Shown here one piece after another: positions 1 through 10,389 of a stretch of 64,000 nucleotides of DNA. The notes beneath the pieces are model-generated. The model saw nothing but the letters and a program-made list of their open reading frames with translations, did not search any database and was not told the origin of the DNA. The position numbers and the translations under genes were made by a program. Position 1 is the first letter of the stretch, and each line of letters begins with the position of its first letter. This DNA comes from a virus, in IMG/VR virus record IMGVR_UViG_3300035390_000009, positions 6,318 through 70,317 of that record. The stretch is one strand, 5' to 3'.

Positions 1-1
1 A

Positions 2-406
2 ACTATTACTAATTTAGAACAAGATGATTTAATGATTACTAATATTGATAGTCTTGAAGCATATAAATCTAGATATAGAACTATAGGAAAACATCTATTA
101 AAACAATATTGTGATTTTACATTGCAATTTGATTTCTTTGAATTTTCTATTTTAAATAACAAATTAATAGATGCTGGTTATATTATTACTGATATTAATA
201 GGGAAGAAAAATATCTTGAAATCATTAATACTGGAGATAGTGTTTTAATTAGTAATTTAGAAACATATCTCGAAGTTAAAGATAGGATTTCTATTCATAC
301 ACATCACTATAACAATTATATTACTTATAAAGATAATGTTAATTTATGTTCTAGTGCAATTGAAGTTGATGCCGCATATTCTGTGTATTCTTCTCTATAT
401 CAATAA
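2..406 (+). CDS. 5'-truncated hypothetical protein of the modification operon
   Basis: Frame is open from position 2 (TITNLEQDDL-MITNIDS...), so the track start at 32 is probably internal; stop at 404-406 is followed closely by the next gene. Confidence 0.7.
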   Translation, partial: TITNLEQDDLMITNIDSLEAYKSRYRTIGKHLLKQYCDFTLQFDFFEFSILNNKLIDAGYIITDINREEKYLEIINTGDSVLISNLETYLEVKDRISIHTHHYNNYITYKDNVNLCSSAIEVDAAYSVYSSLYQ

Positions 407-409
407 ACA

Positions 410-1303
410 TTGAAAAAATATTTATTAATTGCTCATAATTATGAATATCTAAAAAGAGGCGCTCATCTTACTTCAATAAGATTAGCAAAACAATATCCTG
501 AGTATCTAGATTATAAAATTGATCTAGATGCTCAGAATCTTGAAGAATTAAATGAACAATATAAAAGATTGATATTCATAACACAAGTGCCTAGTTGTTA
601 TAATTTAAATTTAAAATTTAATCGCTTAAAAAATTTAAATTATATATTCATGTTAAGAGGTACCAGGAATCCGTTAATTTACAATTCTAGTAATAATGGA
701 TTTCATTATTATAGATCTTATAAAAATATAAAATATTTTATTCCTTTCATTACAGATTTTCAAATTCCTAATGAAACTAAAAAAACATGTATTGGTTTTT
801 ATGTTCGTAGAAATATAACACCAGATTCATTAGCGTATACCAAAGACTTCTTAAATAATTTAAAATATCCAACTGATATATATGTAATGGGGGATCCTAC
901 TCCAGAATTTGAAAAAATAAAAAATGTCAAAAGTTATACTCACACATATGATCAATTTAAATTTTTCTCTAATATTAGTCATTATATTTATCCAACATCT
1001 ATAGTACATAATGATCCGTTTCCAAATAGTGTGTTGGAGGCAGTTCAATGTAATAAACAAATTATATTTCCAGCTCTTCCTAATAGAGTTCATAAAGATG
1101 GTATAGATGATATTAAGGATTGTATTAAATGGCATGAAACATATACCCCAGACAAAGAATTTGATAACTCAAAATGTATATTGATTAGTTCTAATTTTAA
1201 AAAATTTTATTTAAAATTATTTGATAATAATTTTGAATATAGTTTTGATAGAACTAAATATAATAAATTTGATAAATGGATTGAAAAAGAAGGAGATATA
1301 TAA
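410..1303 (+). CDS. Glycosyltransferase-like protein (GT-B-like), paralog 1
   Basis: C-terminal DPFPNSVLEAVQCNKQIIF resembles the GT-B E-x-F-x4-LEA-x3-G-x-P-I donor-binding motif; TTG start. Confidence 0.6.
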   Translation: MKKYLLIAHNYEYLKRGAHLTSIRLAKQYPEYLDYKIDLDAQNLEELNEQYKRLIFITQVPSCYNLNLKFNRLKNLNYIFMLRGTRNPLIYNSSNNGFHYYRSYKNIKYFIPFITDFQIPNETKKTCIGFYVRRNITPDSLAYTKDFLNNLKYPTDIYVMGDPTPEFEKIKNVKSYTHTYDQFKFFSNISHYIYPTSIVHNDPFPNSVLEAVQCNKQIIFPALPNRVHKDGIDDIKDCIKWHETYTPDKEFDNSKCILISSNFKKFYLKLFDNNFEYSFDRTKYNKFDKWIEKEGDI

Positions 1304-1305
1304 AA

Positions 1306-2286
1306 TTGTTAAATAAAGATATAGTGTTATACACTAAGACTAATAATGTTTTTTCTAACGATTGTTTAACCATATTTTGGACAATGACTAATGCATGTAA
1401 TTATAATTGTTTTTATTGTTCAGCAAATCCAAGAAATTTATTTCATCCTAAAGAAAAACTTATTTATAATATTATTGATTTTATTTTTAAATTACCAAAT
1501 AAAAATATAGAACTAACTTTAAGTGGAGGAGAAATAACAGCAATTCCAAATATTTTAGAATATTTTAAATATATAGTTAAAAAAACAAAATCAACAAATA
1601 AAAAAATATCTATAAGTATGCTTTCAAATTTTAAAAAATCTAATAAATTTTATGAAGATATATTTGAAATAACAAAACCTCTTGAAATTGTTAGAATGTA
1701 TTTTAGTTTTCATAGAGAATTTGTTTCATCTGATATTTTTATGCCAAAATATATTGAAATTGAATCTAAATATAAAGATAATATATTGCCCATGGGGTAT
1801 ATGATTCATAACAAAAATTGCATTGGTATTTTTAGAGATAATATAAAAAAATACCCAGAAATAAAATATAAAATAATGCCTATATTTGGATCAAATTTAT
1901 TAGAAAATGAAAATTTACCAATGACAAATAATCCAATTTCTAACATAGTTTATGTTTATTACAAAAATAATCAATATTATTACAAATTAAATAATGACCC
2001 CAAAATTATAACACGGGGATTAATATGTCCATCATTTTCAAAAGTTTTTTCAATTGATTTTAAGGGTTATATAAATAATTGTATAACAATGGAAAATAAA
2101 AAAAATTTACATTTTTTAAAAAAAGATATATTTGAAATATTAAAAAATAAAAAATATATAATATGTAATGAGAATAATTGTTTATGTCATCCAGAAATTC
2201 CAAAGATAAAAAATGATCCAATTCATAAGTTTTTATTAGATGTTGATTTTAACTATATTAAAAATAATTTTACAGAAATAAAATGA
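1306..2286 (+). CDS. Radical SAM enzyme
   Basis: CNYNCFYC (CxxxCxxC), LSGGE motif, Cys-rich C-terminus. Confidence 0.9.
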   Translation: MLNKDIVLYTKTNNVFSNDCLTIFWTMTNACNYNCFYCSANPRNLFHPKEKLIYNIIDFIFKLPNKNIELTLSGGEITAIPNILEYFKYIVKKTKSTNKKISISMLSNFKKSNKFYEDIFEITKPLEIVRMYFSFHREFVSSDIFMPKYIEIESKYKDNILPMGYMIHNKNCIGIFRDNIKKYPEIKYKIMPIFGSNLLENENLPMTNNPISNIVYVYYKNNQYYYKLNNDPKIITRGLICPSFSKVFSIDFKGYINNCITMENKKNLHFLKKDIFEILKNKKYIICNENNCLCHPEIPKIKNDPIHKFLLDVDFNYIKNNFTEIK

Positions 2287-2367
2287 ACTCAATAATTTAT
2301 TACAATATAAAAAATTATATAAATGGTTCCATTATAGATATTTAAAATAATAAGGAAACTAATATGA
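2283..2367 (+). pseudogene. Internally deleted remnant of the 3119-3919 gene
   Basis: First ~57 nt nearly identical to 3119-3175, joined at TAGAT to sequence matching 3874-3919; encodes only MNSIIYYNIKNYINGSIIDI*. Confidence 0.85.
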
Positions 2368-3056
2368 TTGAAGGTACTTATTTAAACATAGGCCCAGCAA
2401 AAAATGGAACAACTAGTTTTTTTAAAATGTTGAGTAATCATCCTCAAATACATCCTTCTAAAGTTAAAGAACCTGGGTGGTTTGGTTATAATATAAATGA
2501 AAATTATAATAAGTTTTTAGAGCTTTGGGATTTTAATAATATAAACTATTCTAGGAATTATATATTATTTACTGGTGAAGTTATGAGATTGAAATATTTA
2601 AAAAGTGATTATTTAAAATTACCTAATATAAAAAAATTTAAATTTATATTTATATTAAGAAATTTTAATGATTATCTTTTATCATTCATATTTCACAATT
2701 ATGTACTAACTAATATAATAGATGTAGATTGGTATATAAAAAAAAATATTTTTTACTATGAATATTTAGAAAATATATCAAAAAAAATTGGAAAAGAAAA
2801 TATTCTAATCATACATCTTAATGAAATTGAATCCAACCAAACTAAAATTTATGATTTTTTAGAAATTGACAATCACTACAAATTTAAATTAGAACACATA
2901 AACCCAAATTCAGAGAGTACCGTGTTATATAAAAAAGAATTGGTGAGGTATTATATAAATAAAAAACATGATATATTATCAAAAATTTATTTAGATGAAT
3001 TTTATAAAATACAAGAATTCTTTAATATTGATCTTGATAAAAAATTAATAATATAA
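2364..3056 (+). CDS. Sulfotransferase-family protein, copy 1
   Basis: 5'-PSB-like GPAKNGTTS, HPQI..KEP and ILRN..D..LS (3'-PB-like) motifs. Confidence 0.8.
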   Translation: MIEGTYLNIGPAKNGTTSFFKMLSNHPQIHPSKVKEPGWFGYNINENYNKFLELWDFNNINYSRNYILFTGEVMRLKYLKSDYLKLPNIKKFKFIFILRNFNDYLLSFIFHNYVLTNIIDVDWYIKKNIFYYEYLENISKKIGKENILIIHLNEIESNQTKIYDFLEIDNHYKFKLEHINPNSESTVLYKKELVRYYINKKHDILSKIYLDEFYKIQEFFNIDLDKKLII

Positions 3057-3065
3057 AGGAAAGAT

Positions 3066-3122
3066 ATGAAAGTAATTTATTGTGGACCTTTAAAAAGTAT
3101 TGATAATTATAAAATAAAATGA
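3066..3122 (+). pseudogene. 5' remnant of the 4618 radical SAM gene
   Basis: MKVIYCGPLKSIDNYKIK* matches MKVVYCGPIKYVDNYEIQ at 4618 in both protein and DNA sequence. Confidence 0.85.
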
Positions 3123-3919
3123 ACTCAATAATTTATTACATTATAAAAAATTATATAAATGGTTCTATTATAGATGCATTTGAATATTTTATTACTGCAT
3201 TTGAATATAATCCAAAATTAAATTTTATTTTAATTTCACCAGTAAAAATATCTATTGATTTTTTTGTTAATATTATAAACAATAGATATGATTTAAATCC
3301 TGGTTGGGAAAAAAATATTATTTTAATTAAACTACCAGAATTACTTCAATATAAATTTAATAAAGTTTTAGTATTAGATTACTGGACTATAAAAAATACC
3401 AGGGGTTTAATTAGATGTAATGAGTTAATTGTTATTAGTGAAAAACATACGGATGATTCACATTATATGTATTCAAAGTTATATACTAATGTAACATATT
3501 ATGGTGAAATGCCTTTTGAATATAGAGATGAAAAATATAATATTAAGTTAATGTTTTCTAAGTTTAAAAAATTAAATAATGTTGACTCTGGTATTTATAT
3601 AAACTCTCCTTATAATGATGATTATAGTTTTTTAGAAAAATTAAATTTGCCAGATAAACCATTATTATTTAAATCTGATAATCATATAGAAAATTTATTT
3701 GAGAAATTTGATACATATGTTTATTATCATGCTAATAAATGGTTTGATCCGCATCCAAGATTATTATTAGAATGTGCATATTATAATAAAACTATTTTAT
3801 ATTATAATGAACATAATATTATAGACGGTAGTTATTATAGATATCATGATCTTTTAAAAAATGGTTTAAAGAATAGATATTTAAATAAGAATGATAAAAT
3901 AATAAGGAAACTAATATGA
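3119..3919 (+). CDS. Glycosyltransferase-like protein, paralog 2
   Basis: C-terminal DPHPRLLLECAYYNKTI aligns with the motif of the 410, 6098 and 7033 proteins. Confidence 0.55.
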   Translation: MNSIIYYIIKNYINGSIIDAFEYFITAFEYNPKLNFILISPVKISIDFFVNIINNRYDLNPGWEKNIILIKLPELLQYKFNKVLVLDYWTIKNTRGLIRCNELIVISEKHTDDSHYMYSKLYTNVTYYGEMPFEYRDEKYNIKLMFSKFKKLNNVDSGIYINSPYNDDYSFLEKLNLPDKPLLFKSDNHIENLFEKFDTYVYYHANKWFDPHPRLLLECAYYNKTILYYNEHNIIDGSYYRYHDLLKNGLKNRYLNKNDKIIRKLI

Positions 3920-4608
3920 TTGAAGGTACTTATTTAAGTGTTGGTCCTGCAAAAAATGGAACATCTAGTTTTTTTAAAATGTTAAGTCAGCATCCTCAAA
4001 TGTATCCTTCTAAATATAAAGACCCATGTTTTGAAGGATACATTATATATGAAGACTATAATAAATTTTTAAATCTTTGGGATTTTAAAAAAATAGATTA
4101 TTCAAAGAAACATATATTATTTTCAGGGGAAGTTAAAAGAGATATATATTTAAAAAGTGATTATTTAAAATTACCTAATATAAAAAAAACTAAATATATA
4201 TTTATATTAAGAAAATTTATTGATAATTTTATTTCATTATTATTTCATGATTATATATTAACTAATAAAATAGATGTAGATTATTATATTAAAAAGAATT
4301 TTTTTTATTTTGATTATTTAAAAAATATATCAAAAAAAATTGGTAAAGAAAATATTTTTTTTATACGGTTTGATGAAATTGAATCTAAACAATCTGAAAT
4401 CTATGATTTTTTAGAAATTGATAATCAATATAAATTTACTTATCCATTTGTACAATCAAATCCAGGAAGTAAAGAAATATTTAAACGAAATCTAACAAAA
4501 CACTATTTTAATAAAAAATGTGATATTTTATTAAAAATTTTTTTAAATGAACTATATAAAATACAAAAAGAATTTAATATAGATTTAGATGATGAATCTT
4601 TAATTTAG
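3916..4608 (+). CDS. Sulfotransferase-family protein, copy 2
   Basis: GPAKNGTSS motif; same length (230 aa) as, and colinear with, the 2364 protein. Confidence 0.8.
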   Translation: MIEGTYLSVGPAKNGTSSFFKMLSQHPQMYPSKYKDPCFEGYIIYEDYNKFLNLWDFKKIDYSKKHILFSGEVKRDIYLKSDYLKLPNIKKTKYIFILRKFIDNFISLLFHDYILTNKIDVDYYIKKNFFYFDYLKNISKKIGKENIFFIRFDEIESKQSEIYDFLEIDNQYKFTYPFVQSNPGSKEIFKRNLTKHYFNKKCDILLKIFLNELYKIQKEFNIDLDDESLI

Positions 4609-4617
4609 GAAAAAAAT

Positions 4618-5529
4618 ATGAAAGTAGTTTATTGTGGACCTATAAAATATGTTGACAATTATGAAATCCAATGGTCTTTAACAAATAGATGTAATTATAA
4701 TTGTTCATATTGTGGCATTGTTACTAAAAATGAAAAATTTTCTTCATTAGAAAATATGAAAAAAAATTTAAATTTTTTATACTATTTAAATAATAAGAAA
4801 GAAGTTAAGTTAACTTTATTTGGTGGGGAACCAACCCATCATCCAGAATTTTTAAATCTACTAAAAATTATTGAATTACAAAATCTATCTATATTTACTA
4901 ATTTATCTAAAGATAAAAATTTTTTAAAAAAAGTTTTAGATATAAAACCAACCATAAGAATTAAAACATCCTTCCATAAAGAATATGCAAATCTCAATGA
5001 TTATATAGATAAGATTAAATTTATCGCTGAGCATGGAAATGAAATTTATTTATGTTTATTATGTAAAGATAAAAATAAAGAAACAATCGAAAATTATAAT
5101 AAAGTTAAAAATGCAACCAAAATGTATACTAATGTAATAGTTGATGTTATTAGTATTCATCCTAATATGAACGAAGAAGTTGTTAAATGGGGGGATGAAG
5201 TTAATAGTGATAGATTTAAAATAAAATATGATAATGGAAATGAAAATGAAGTTACTCTATCTAATATAATATATAATAATTTAAATTGCTTTGGACTATT
5301 TAAATGTTATTGTGGAATTAATAATCTTTTTATAGACTATAACTTTGATGTTCATTATTGTCAAACTTATAGAAATCATCATATAAAACCAATTTTTAAT
5401 CTTATAAATGATAACTATAAAGATTATGAAAATATATTTTCTAATGCAATGTTATGCAAACTTGAAAAGTGTTATTGTGAGGGTTTTATAAAAAAAGAAA
5501 AAGTTTTTAATAGAATAAAAAAATTATGA
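4618..5529 (+). CDS. Radical SAM enzyme with Cys-rich C-terminal (SPASM/twitch-like) region
   Basis: CNYNCSYC, FGGEP, C-terminal CYCG...YC...C...CYC. Confidence 0.9.
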   Translation: MKVVYCGPIKYVDNYEIQWSLTNRCNYNCSYCGIVTKNEKFSSLENMKKNLNFLYYLNNKKEVKLTLFGGEPTHHPEFLNLLKIIELQNLSIFTNLSKDKNFLKKVLDIKPTIRIKTSFHKEYANLNDYIDKIKFIAEHGNEIYLCLLCKDKNKETIENYNKVKNATKMYTNVIVDVISIHPNMNEEVVKWGDEVNSDRFKIKYDNGNENEVTLSNIIYNNLNCFGLFKCYCGINNLFIDYNFDVHYCQTYRNHHIKPIFNLINDNYKDYENIFSNAMLCKLEKCYCEGFIKKEKVFNRIKKL

Positions 5530-6101
5530 AAACATTAATGTTACATGATATAAAACCAATATATTTAAATTATGATTTAAAAAATTATGATTTGACTTTT
5601 GATGATGGTTTGTTTAGTCAGTTTTATTATTGGCCAATAATAAAAAAAATAAATACTAGTAAAATTTTTTTTATATGTTGTGATTTAATATCATTAGAGA
5701 ATAAAGTTAGACCCAATTTTAGAAATACTTTTATAGAATATCCAACATGTTTTCAATCTATGGATAAATACAAAAAGTTAAATATTAAATCAGATTATAT
5801 GACTATTGATGAATTAAAAATATTAAGTAAAGATGTAATGATAGGAGCTCATAGTTTTAGTCATAAAAAAATTAATATGAATGATAGTTTTTATAATATA
5901 AGTCAACAAATAAAACAAGATACTGAATTAATGTTAGAGTGGTTTAAAAAACATTTGAATCTTACCCCATTACATTACTGTTTTCCTTTTAATGAGAAAC
6001 ACTACTTACATGATTTATTATTACCATATTATGGGTTTAAACATTTTTACGGAAAAGAACGAATTGATATTGAATCTTTAGATATGGGAGAGTCTGAATG
6101 A
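5526..6101 (+). CDS. Polysaccharide deacetylase (NodB/CE4-like)
   Basis: LTFDDG, HSFSH metal-binding and YCFPF motifs. Confidence 0.85.
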   Translation: MKTLMLHDIKPIYLNYDLKNYDLTFDDGLFSQFYYWPIIKKINTSKIFFICCDLISLENKVRPNFRNTFIEYPTCFQSMDKYKKLNIKSDYMTIDELKILSKDVMIGAHSFSHKKINMNDSFYNISQQIKQDTELMLEWFKKHLNLTPLHYCFPFNEKHYLHDLLLPYYGFKHFYGKERIDIESLDMGESE

Positions 6102-7036
6102 AATTTATGAAAAAATATGATGTTTGTTTTATGCATCTTTTTACGTATTATATATGTGGAGATTTATTTCAAAGTTTTGAACATTTTTATTTATCAAGAA
6201 AAAATAAAATTAATGCCTGTTTATTTTTATCCATACATGTAGATAAAGAAAGAATAGAGCAATGCTTCAAACAAAAATATAATTTTGATGAATCAGAATT
6301 TGAGGAAATATTTTCCCATATTTATATTATTCCAATTAAAGAATTTATTAAAAAAAGAATGTATCAAACTTCTTTTAAAATAATATGTTTTCCAGGTATA
6401 CATCAATTATATCAATTATATACTGGAATTATTATACAACATCAAAAAGCTGTTGCCTTCGCTTGTATGCCTGTAGATGAAAGTAGGACAATATTTAATC
6501 TAGAAGTTTTTCAAGATTATAGAATTTATGGAGATACATTTTTAAACAATAAAACCTATAATTATGTAAGAAAATTATTACTAGATAAATATAAAAAACC
6601 AGAAAGTAATACAGAAGATACTGCTTTAATATATATTAAAAATTTTGTTAAAAATCATACTATTGAAAATACCATTAGGATGATGAAAGAATATAAATTT
6701 AAAAAATATTTAATATGTGTAGATAAACCTTTCTACCCTACTTTTTCAAAATTAAAAAATGCTCAAGTAGAAGTTATTACTTTACCAATTGATGATATCT
6801 TTTCTAAATTTTCAACTTATATATATTCTTTAATTAAAGATAATACTGATAAAGTTATTGATTGTTCTTCTAGATTTTTAATTGAATGTAAATATTTTAA
6901 TAAAGATATTATTTTTGATGGAGATATTAAAGATAAAGGATTATACTTCAGGAAACAAGATTTAGAAAATGATATAGAATGTTTAAATTTAAAAGATAAT
7001 GATTATTTTATTACTTATTTAAAGGATAATTTATGA
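6098..7036 (+). CDS. Glycosyltransferase-like protein, paralog 3
   Basis: N-terminal CGDLFQSFEHF similar to NGSIIDAFEYF of 3119; C-terminal DCSSRFLIECKYFNKDI. Confidence 0.55.
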   Translation: MKFMKKYDVCFMHLFTYYICGDLFQSFEHFYLSRKNKINACLFLSIHVDKERIEQCFKQKYNFDESEFEEIFSHIYIIPIKEFIKKRMYQTSFKIICFPGIHQLYQLYTGIIIQHQKAVAFACMPVDESRTIFNLEVFQDYRIYGDTFLNNKTYNYVRKLLLDKYKKPESNTEDTALIYIKNFVKNHTIENTIRMMKEYKFKKYLICVDKPFYPTFSKLKNAQVEVITLPIDDIFSKFSTYIYSLIKDNTDKVIDCSSRFLIECKYFNKDIIFDGDIKDKGLYFRKQDLENDIECLNLKDNDYFITYLKDNL

Positions 7037-7830
7037 TAACATTTATTGATCATTTAGATGATTATTTATGTGGAACTAATATTACATTATTAGATTGTTA
7101 TAAAAATTTATTAAAACTAAATATAGATTGCGAATTAAAAATACATTATACCAATTTAACAGTTGCCTCTAAATATACAAAACTCTTTAAATTAGTATCC
7201 TTTATAAAACAAATATCTAAAGAAAATATGATAGTTAAAGATGATATTATAATAACAACCCTATATACTTTAAAACAAAAATCTTACAAAATTAAATGTG
7301 ATAAATTAATAATATTAGATAGTTTAGATTTTTTAATGTGTCATAATCAAAACATTTTAGATGATTTATATTATGAAATAAGCAAAACATCTAATGAAAT
7401 AATTGTGTTAGCGAATCCATTCAATTTCCAATTTATTAAATATGATGTTATTGAGTATTATCATAAATTTGATTTTGATAGAATTAAAAAATTAGCAACC
7501 ACACGTGAGGTAGGCCCCGAATATATTCAAAATAGAGAACAAATTATAAATCCCTTTATGTATAAAAAATTTAATTATGAAAGATATTTTAAAGTTGGGG
7601 ATGGGTATTATGAAAACATATGTAAGATAATATATGAGTTTAATTATTTAAACAAAATAATTTCTTATTCTCCAAAAAATAAAACTTGTGATGATGGTTT
7701 AACTTATTATTTAAAATTATTTGATATTGATGATAATAAAGAGCAATTAATTAAAATAGAAAAAGAATTAATAATTGATAAGTTAGGTTTTTTTAAAAAT
7801 GATAATCTTATAGAGCTGGTGAATTTATGA
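7033..7830 (+). CDS. Glycosyltransferase-like protein, paralog 4 (degenerate)
   Basis: N-terminal LCGTNITLLDCY and C-terminal ENICKIIYEFNYLNKII...DDGL match the paralog pattern (DDG/DGS/DKG at the same place). Confidence 0.45.
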   Translation: MITFIDHLDDYLCGTNITLLDCYKNLLKLNIDCELKIHYTNLTVASKYTKLFKLVSFIKQISKENMIVKDDIIITTLYTLKQKSYKIKCDKLIILDSLDFLMCHNQNILDDLYYEISKTSNEIIVLANPFNFQFIKYDVIEYYHKFDFDRIKKLATTREVGPEYIQNREQIINPFMYKKFNYERYFKVGDGYYENICKIIYEFNYLNKIISYSPKNKTCDDGLTYYLKLFDIDDNKEQLIKIEKELIIDKLGFFKNDNLIELVNL

Positions 7831-8747
7831 AAATTTTAGAATTAGGATTAAAAGAATATATTCCGGATGAGATATTTTTTAGTCATTGGGCAGTAACTAA
7901 TAATTGTAATTATAAATGTGATTATTGTGTTTTATCAAAATGTGAAAAATATAGTAATGAAGAAACCTGTAATAAAATAATAGAATTTTATAATTATATA
8001 AATAAAACTAAAAAATTAATTTTAGTTTTGTTTGGTGGAGAACCAACCATACATCCTTTATTTTTAGATATTTTAAATAAACTAAATGCAGCCCCTAAAA
8101 TTTTTACTAATCTTAGTAAAAATATATCTTTTTTAGAAAATATTGTTAATATAAATAATAATGTTGAAATAATAACATCTTATCATCATAGAATAACTAA
8201 TATAAATAATTTTATAGATAAGATAAAATTCTTAGTAGAAAATGTTAAATTTGTTAGAATAAAAATTATGTATGAATTAGAATTTGCTAAAGAAATTGAA
8301 AATATATTTTATGAAGTTAAAGAATTAGATAAAGTATATGACAATTGTTTGACTACCCTTGACATGGTTTATAAACCAAATCAAAATATTACTACTGATG
8401 AATTAAATAATTTTTTATTATTACAAACCGATAAACAATATTATGTTAAATATAGATTAAATAATAAAATAATAGAAGAAGATATATCATATAATCAAAT
8501 TCGAGCTTTGGGTAATACTTCTTTTAAATATTATAGATGTATGAGTGGGAGAAAAAATATTTTCGTTGACTTTAATGGAGATGTATTCTTTTGTCAAACC
8601 ATGAGAAACATGAAAAGAAAGCCAATTTTTAATTTAATGATAGACGATTTTAAAAATCATTTAAATATTTTTAAAAGTGACATTATATGTTTTGAAGATG
8701 ATTGTTGTTCTGAGGTATCAGTACCTAAATATTGGACAAGAAAGTAA
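7827..8747 (+). CDS. Radical SAM enzyme, paralog of 4618
   Basis: CNYKCDYC, FGGEPTIHP, C-terminal CMSG..NIFVDFNGDVFFCQT and C..DDCC. Confidence 0.9.
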   Translation: MKILELGLKEYIPDEIFFSHWAVTNNCNYKCDYCVLSKCEKYSNEETCNKIIEFYNYINKTKKLILVLFGGEPTIHPLFLDILNKLNAAPKIFTNLSKNISFLENIVNINNNVEIITSYHHRITNINNFIDKIKFLVENVKFVRIKIMYELEFAKEIENIFYEVKELDKVYDNCLTTLDMVYKPNQNITTDELNNFLLLQTDKQYYVKYRLNNKIIEEDISYNQIRALGNTSFKYYRCMSGRKNIFVDFNGDVFFCQTMRNMKRKPIFNLMIDDFKNHLNIFKSDIICFEDDCCSEVSVPKYWTRK

Positions 8748-9559
8748 TGGAAAAAATTTATGTAGAGATTAGTGGTATATGTAATTTGAATTGTATTTTT
8801 TGTGGTTATAAATATAGACCTCTTAAAGGTATTATGGATTTTGATTTATTTAAAAAATGTATTAATCAAATTGTAATTTCTGGAATTAAAGATATTAGAT
8901 TAACTCCAATGGCTGGAGAAATATTTATGGACCCAAATTGGAAAGAAAAACTTGATTATATAGAATCTATTAAAGAAATTGAAAGTTATGAATTTTTTAC
9001 TAATTTTACTGTTATAAATGATATAGAATATTTATCTACATTGAAAAAATTAAATAGTATTACTATAAGTATATACGGAAATAATTTAGATTCATTTTTA
9101 GAATTGACTAATAGTAAAAAAATATATTATGATCAATTAATAAAAAATTTAAGAATATTAAAAGATATAAAAATCAAAAATTTAAAAATAGTTATTAAAT
9201 CTAAGTTAGATTATTTTGATAATTATTTAAAGGGTGAATTATTTCAAATTTTATATAATTTCAAAGGTAATATAGTACAATATAAAGAACTAGATAATTT
9301 TAATGGATTATCAAATAATTTGAATTTTGATAATTTAAAAACTATAAACAATATTAATTGTAATGTTTTAGAAACAAAAAATATTATATTGTGGAATGGT
9401 GATTTTAATTTATGTGGGTGTAGAGATATATTTCAAAAATCTACAATCGGTAATATCAAAAATACTCCCTTAAAAGAATTATTAGAAAGCAATGATTATG
9501 AAATAATGAAACAAAATAAATTAATAATATGCAAAGATTGTAGTGGGATATACTCATGA
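8732..9559 (+). CDS. Radical SAM/SPASM-domain enzyme
   Basis: CNLNCIFC; SPASM-like C..L..K.IILWNGD..LC.CRD....IGNI....L...CKDC. Confidence 0.9.
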   Translation: MDKKVMEKIYVEISGICNLNCIFCGYKYRPLKGIMDFDLFKKCINQIVISGIKDIRLTPMAGEIFMDPNWKEKLDYIESIKEIESYEFFTNFTVINDIEYLSTLKKLNSITISIYGNNLDSFLELTNSKKIYYDQLIKNLRILKDIKIKNLKIVIKSKLDYFDNYLKGELFQILYNFKGNIVQYKELDNFNGLSNNLNFDNLKTINNINCNVLETKNIILWNGDFNLCGCRDIFQKSTIGNIKNTPLKELLESNDYEIMKQNKLIICKDCSGIYS

Positions 9560-10389
9560 ATAAAAGAATAACATTATCTCTATTAAACACATGTAATGAA
9601 AAATGTTTTTATTGTGATATACCAGAAGCAACTAATTTTAAAAAATTTGTATACAATGAAAATATTTTTAGATTAATTAAAAAATTTGAATCCATATCTT
9701 TTAGTGGTGGAGAAATAGGATTATTAGATGAGGAAGATTTTATTTTTTTATTTGATTATTTTTCTGACAATAAGATAACAGTTTGTACTAATGGTTTGTT
9801 TTTTGAAAAAGGTTTTTATGATCTATTTCATAATAAAATCGACTCCATTGTTTATCATATATTAGAAGAAAATAAAATTATAGATATCAATGATCCAATG
9901 ATAGATAGAGATATTATTATACATAAGAAAAATATAGAAAATGTGTATAATATTATTAGTGACAACCCAGGTTTAAATTTTTATTTAAAATTAGCTCATT
10001 TAAGAACTCCAGATAAATCATTTATTATAGATGATTATGATACATTAAATAAATTTTCAAATCTAAAAAATATAAAAAATTATGAAATGATAAAAGAGTT
10101 TTCTAATATGGATAATAATTTTTATAATAATATATTAAAGTTTTGTAATAGATACCCATATTCATCTTTAATAGATTTAGTGGATTATAAAATTAAACAT
10201 TGTTGTACTAAACATATTAATAATCCAGAAAAAATATTAAATGAAGAAAATATTGAACTCCTATTAAATGATAAATTATTTAAAAACGTTAGTTTAAAAT
10301 ATTGTGATAATTGTAATTTTGTACTATCTATTAAACAAGATTTATTAGATAAAATGTTTTCTATTTTAAAGGATAAAAAGAATGTATGA
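9556..10389 (+). CDS. Radical SAM enzyme
   Basis: CNEKCFYC, FSGGE, VCTNG, C-terminal HCC...CDNC. Confidence 0.88.
   Translation: MNKRITLSLLNTCNEKCFYCDIPEATNFKKFVYNENIFRLIKKFESISFSGGEIGLLDEEDFIFLFDYFSDNKITVCTNGLFFEKGFYDLFHNKIDSIVYHILEENKIIDINDPMIDRDIIIHKKNIENVYNIISDNPGLNFYLKLAHLRTPDKSFIIDDYDTLNKFSNLKNIKNYEMIKEFSNMDNNFYNNILKFCNRYPYSSLIDLVDYKIKHCCTKHINNPEKILNEENIELLLNDKLFKNVSLKYCDNCNFVLSIKQDLLDKMFSILKDKKNV

Noticed and set aside
14-24. TAGAACAAG as a motif A promoter
   Set aside because: It lies inside an open frame running from the window start and lacks the downstream A/T tract.
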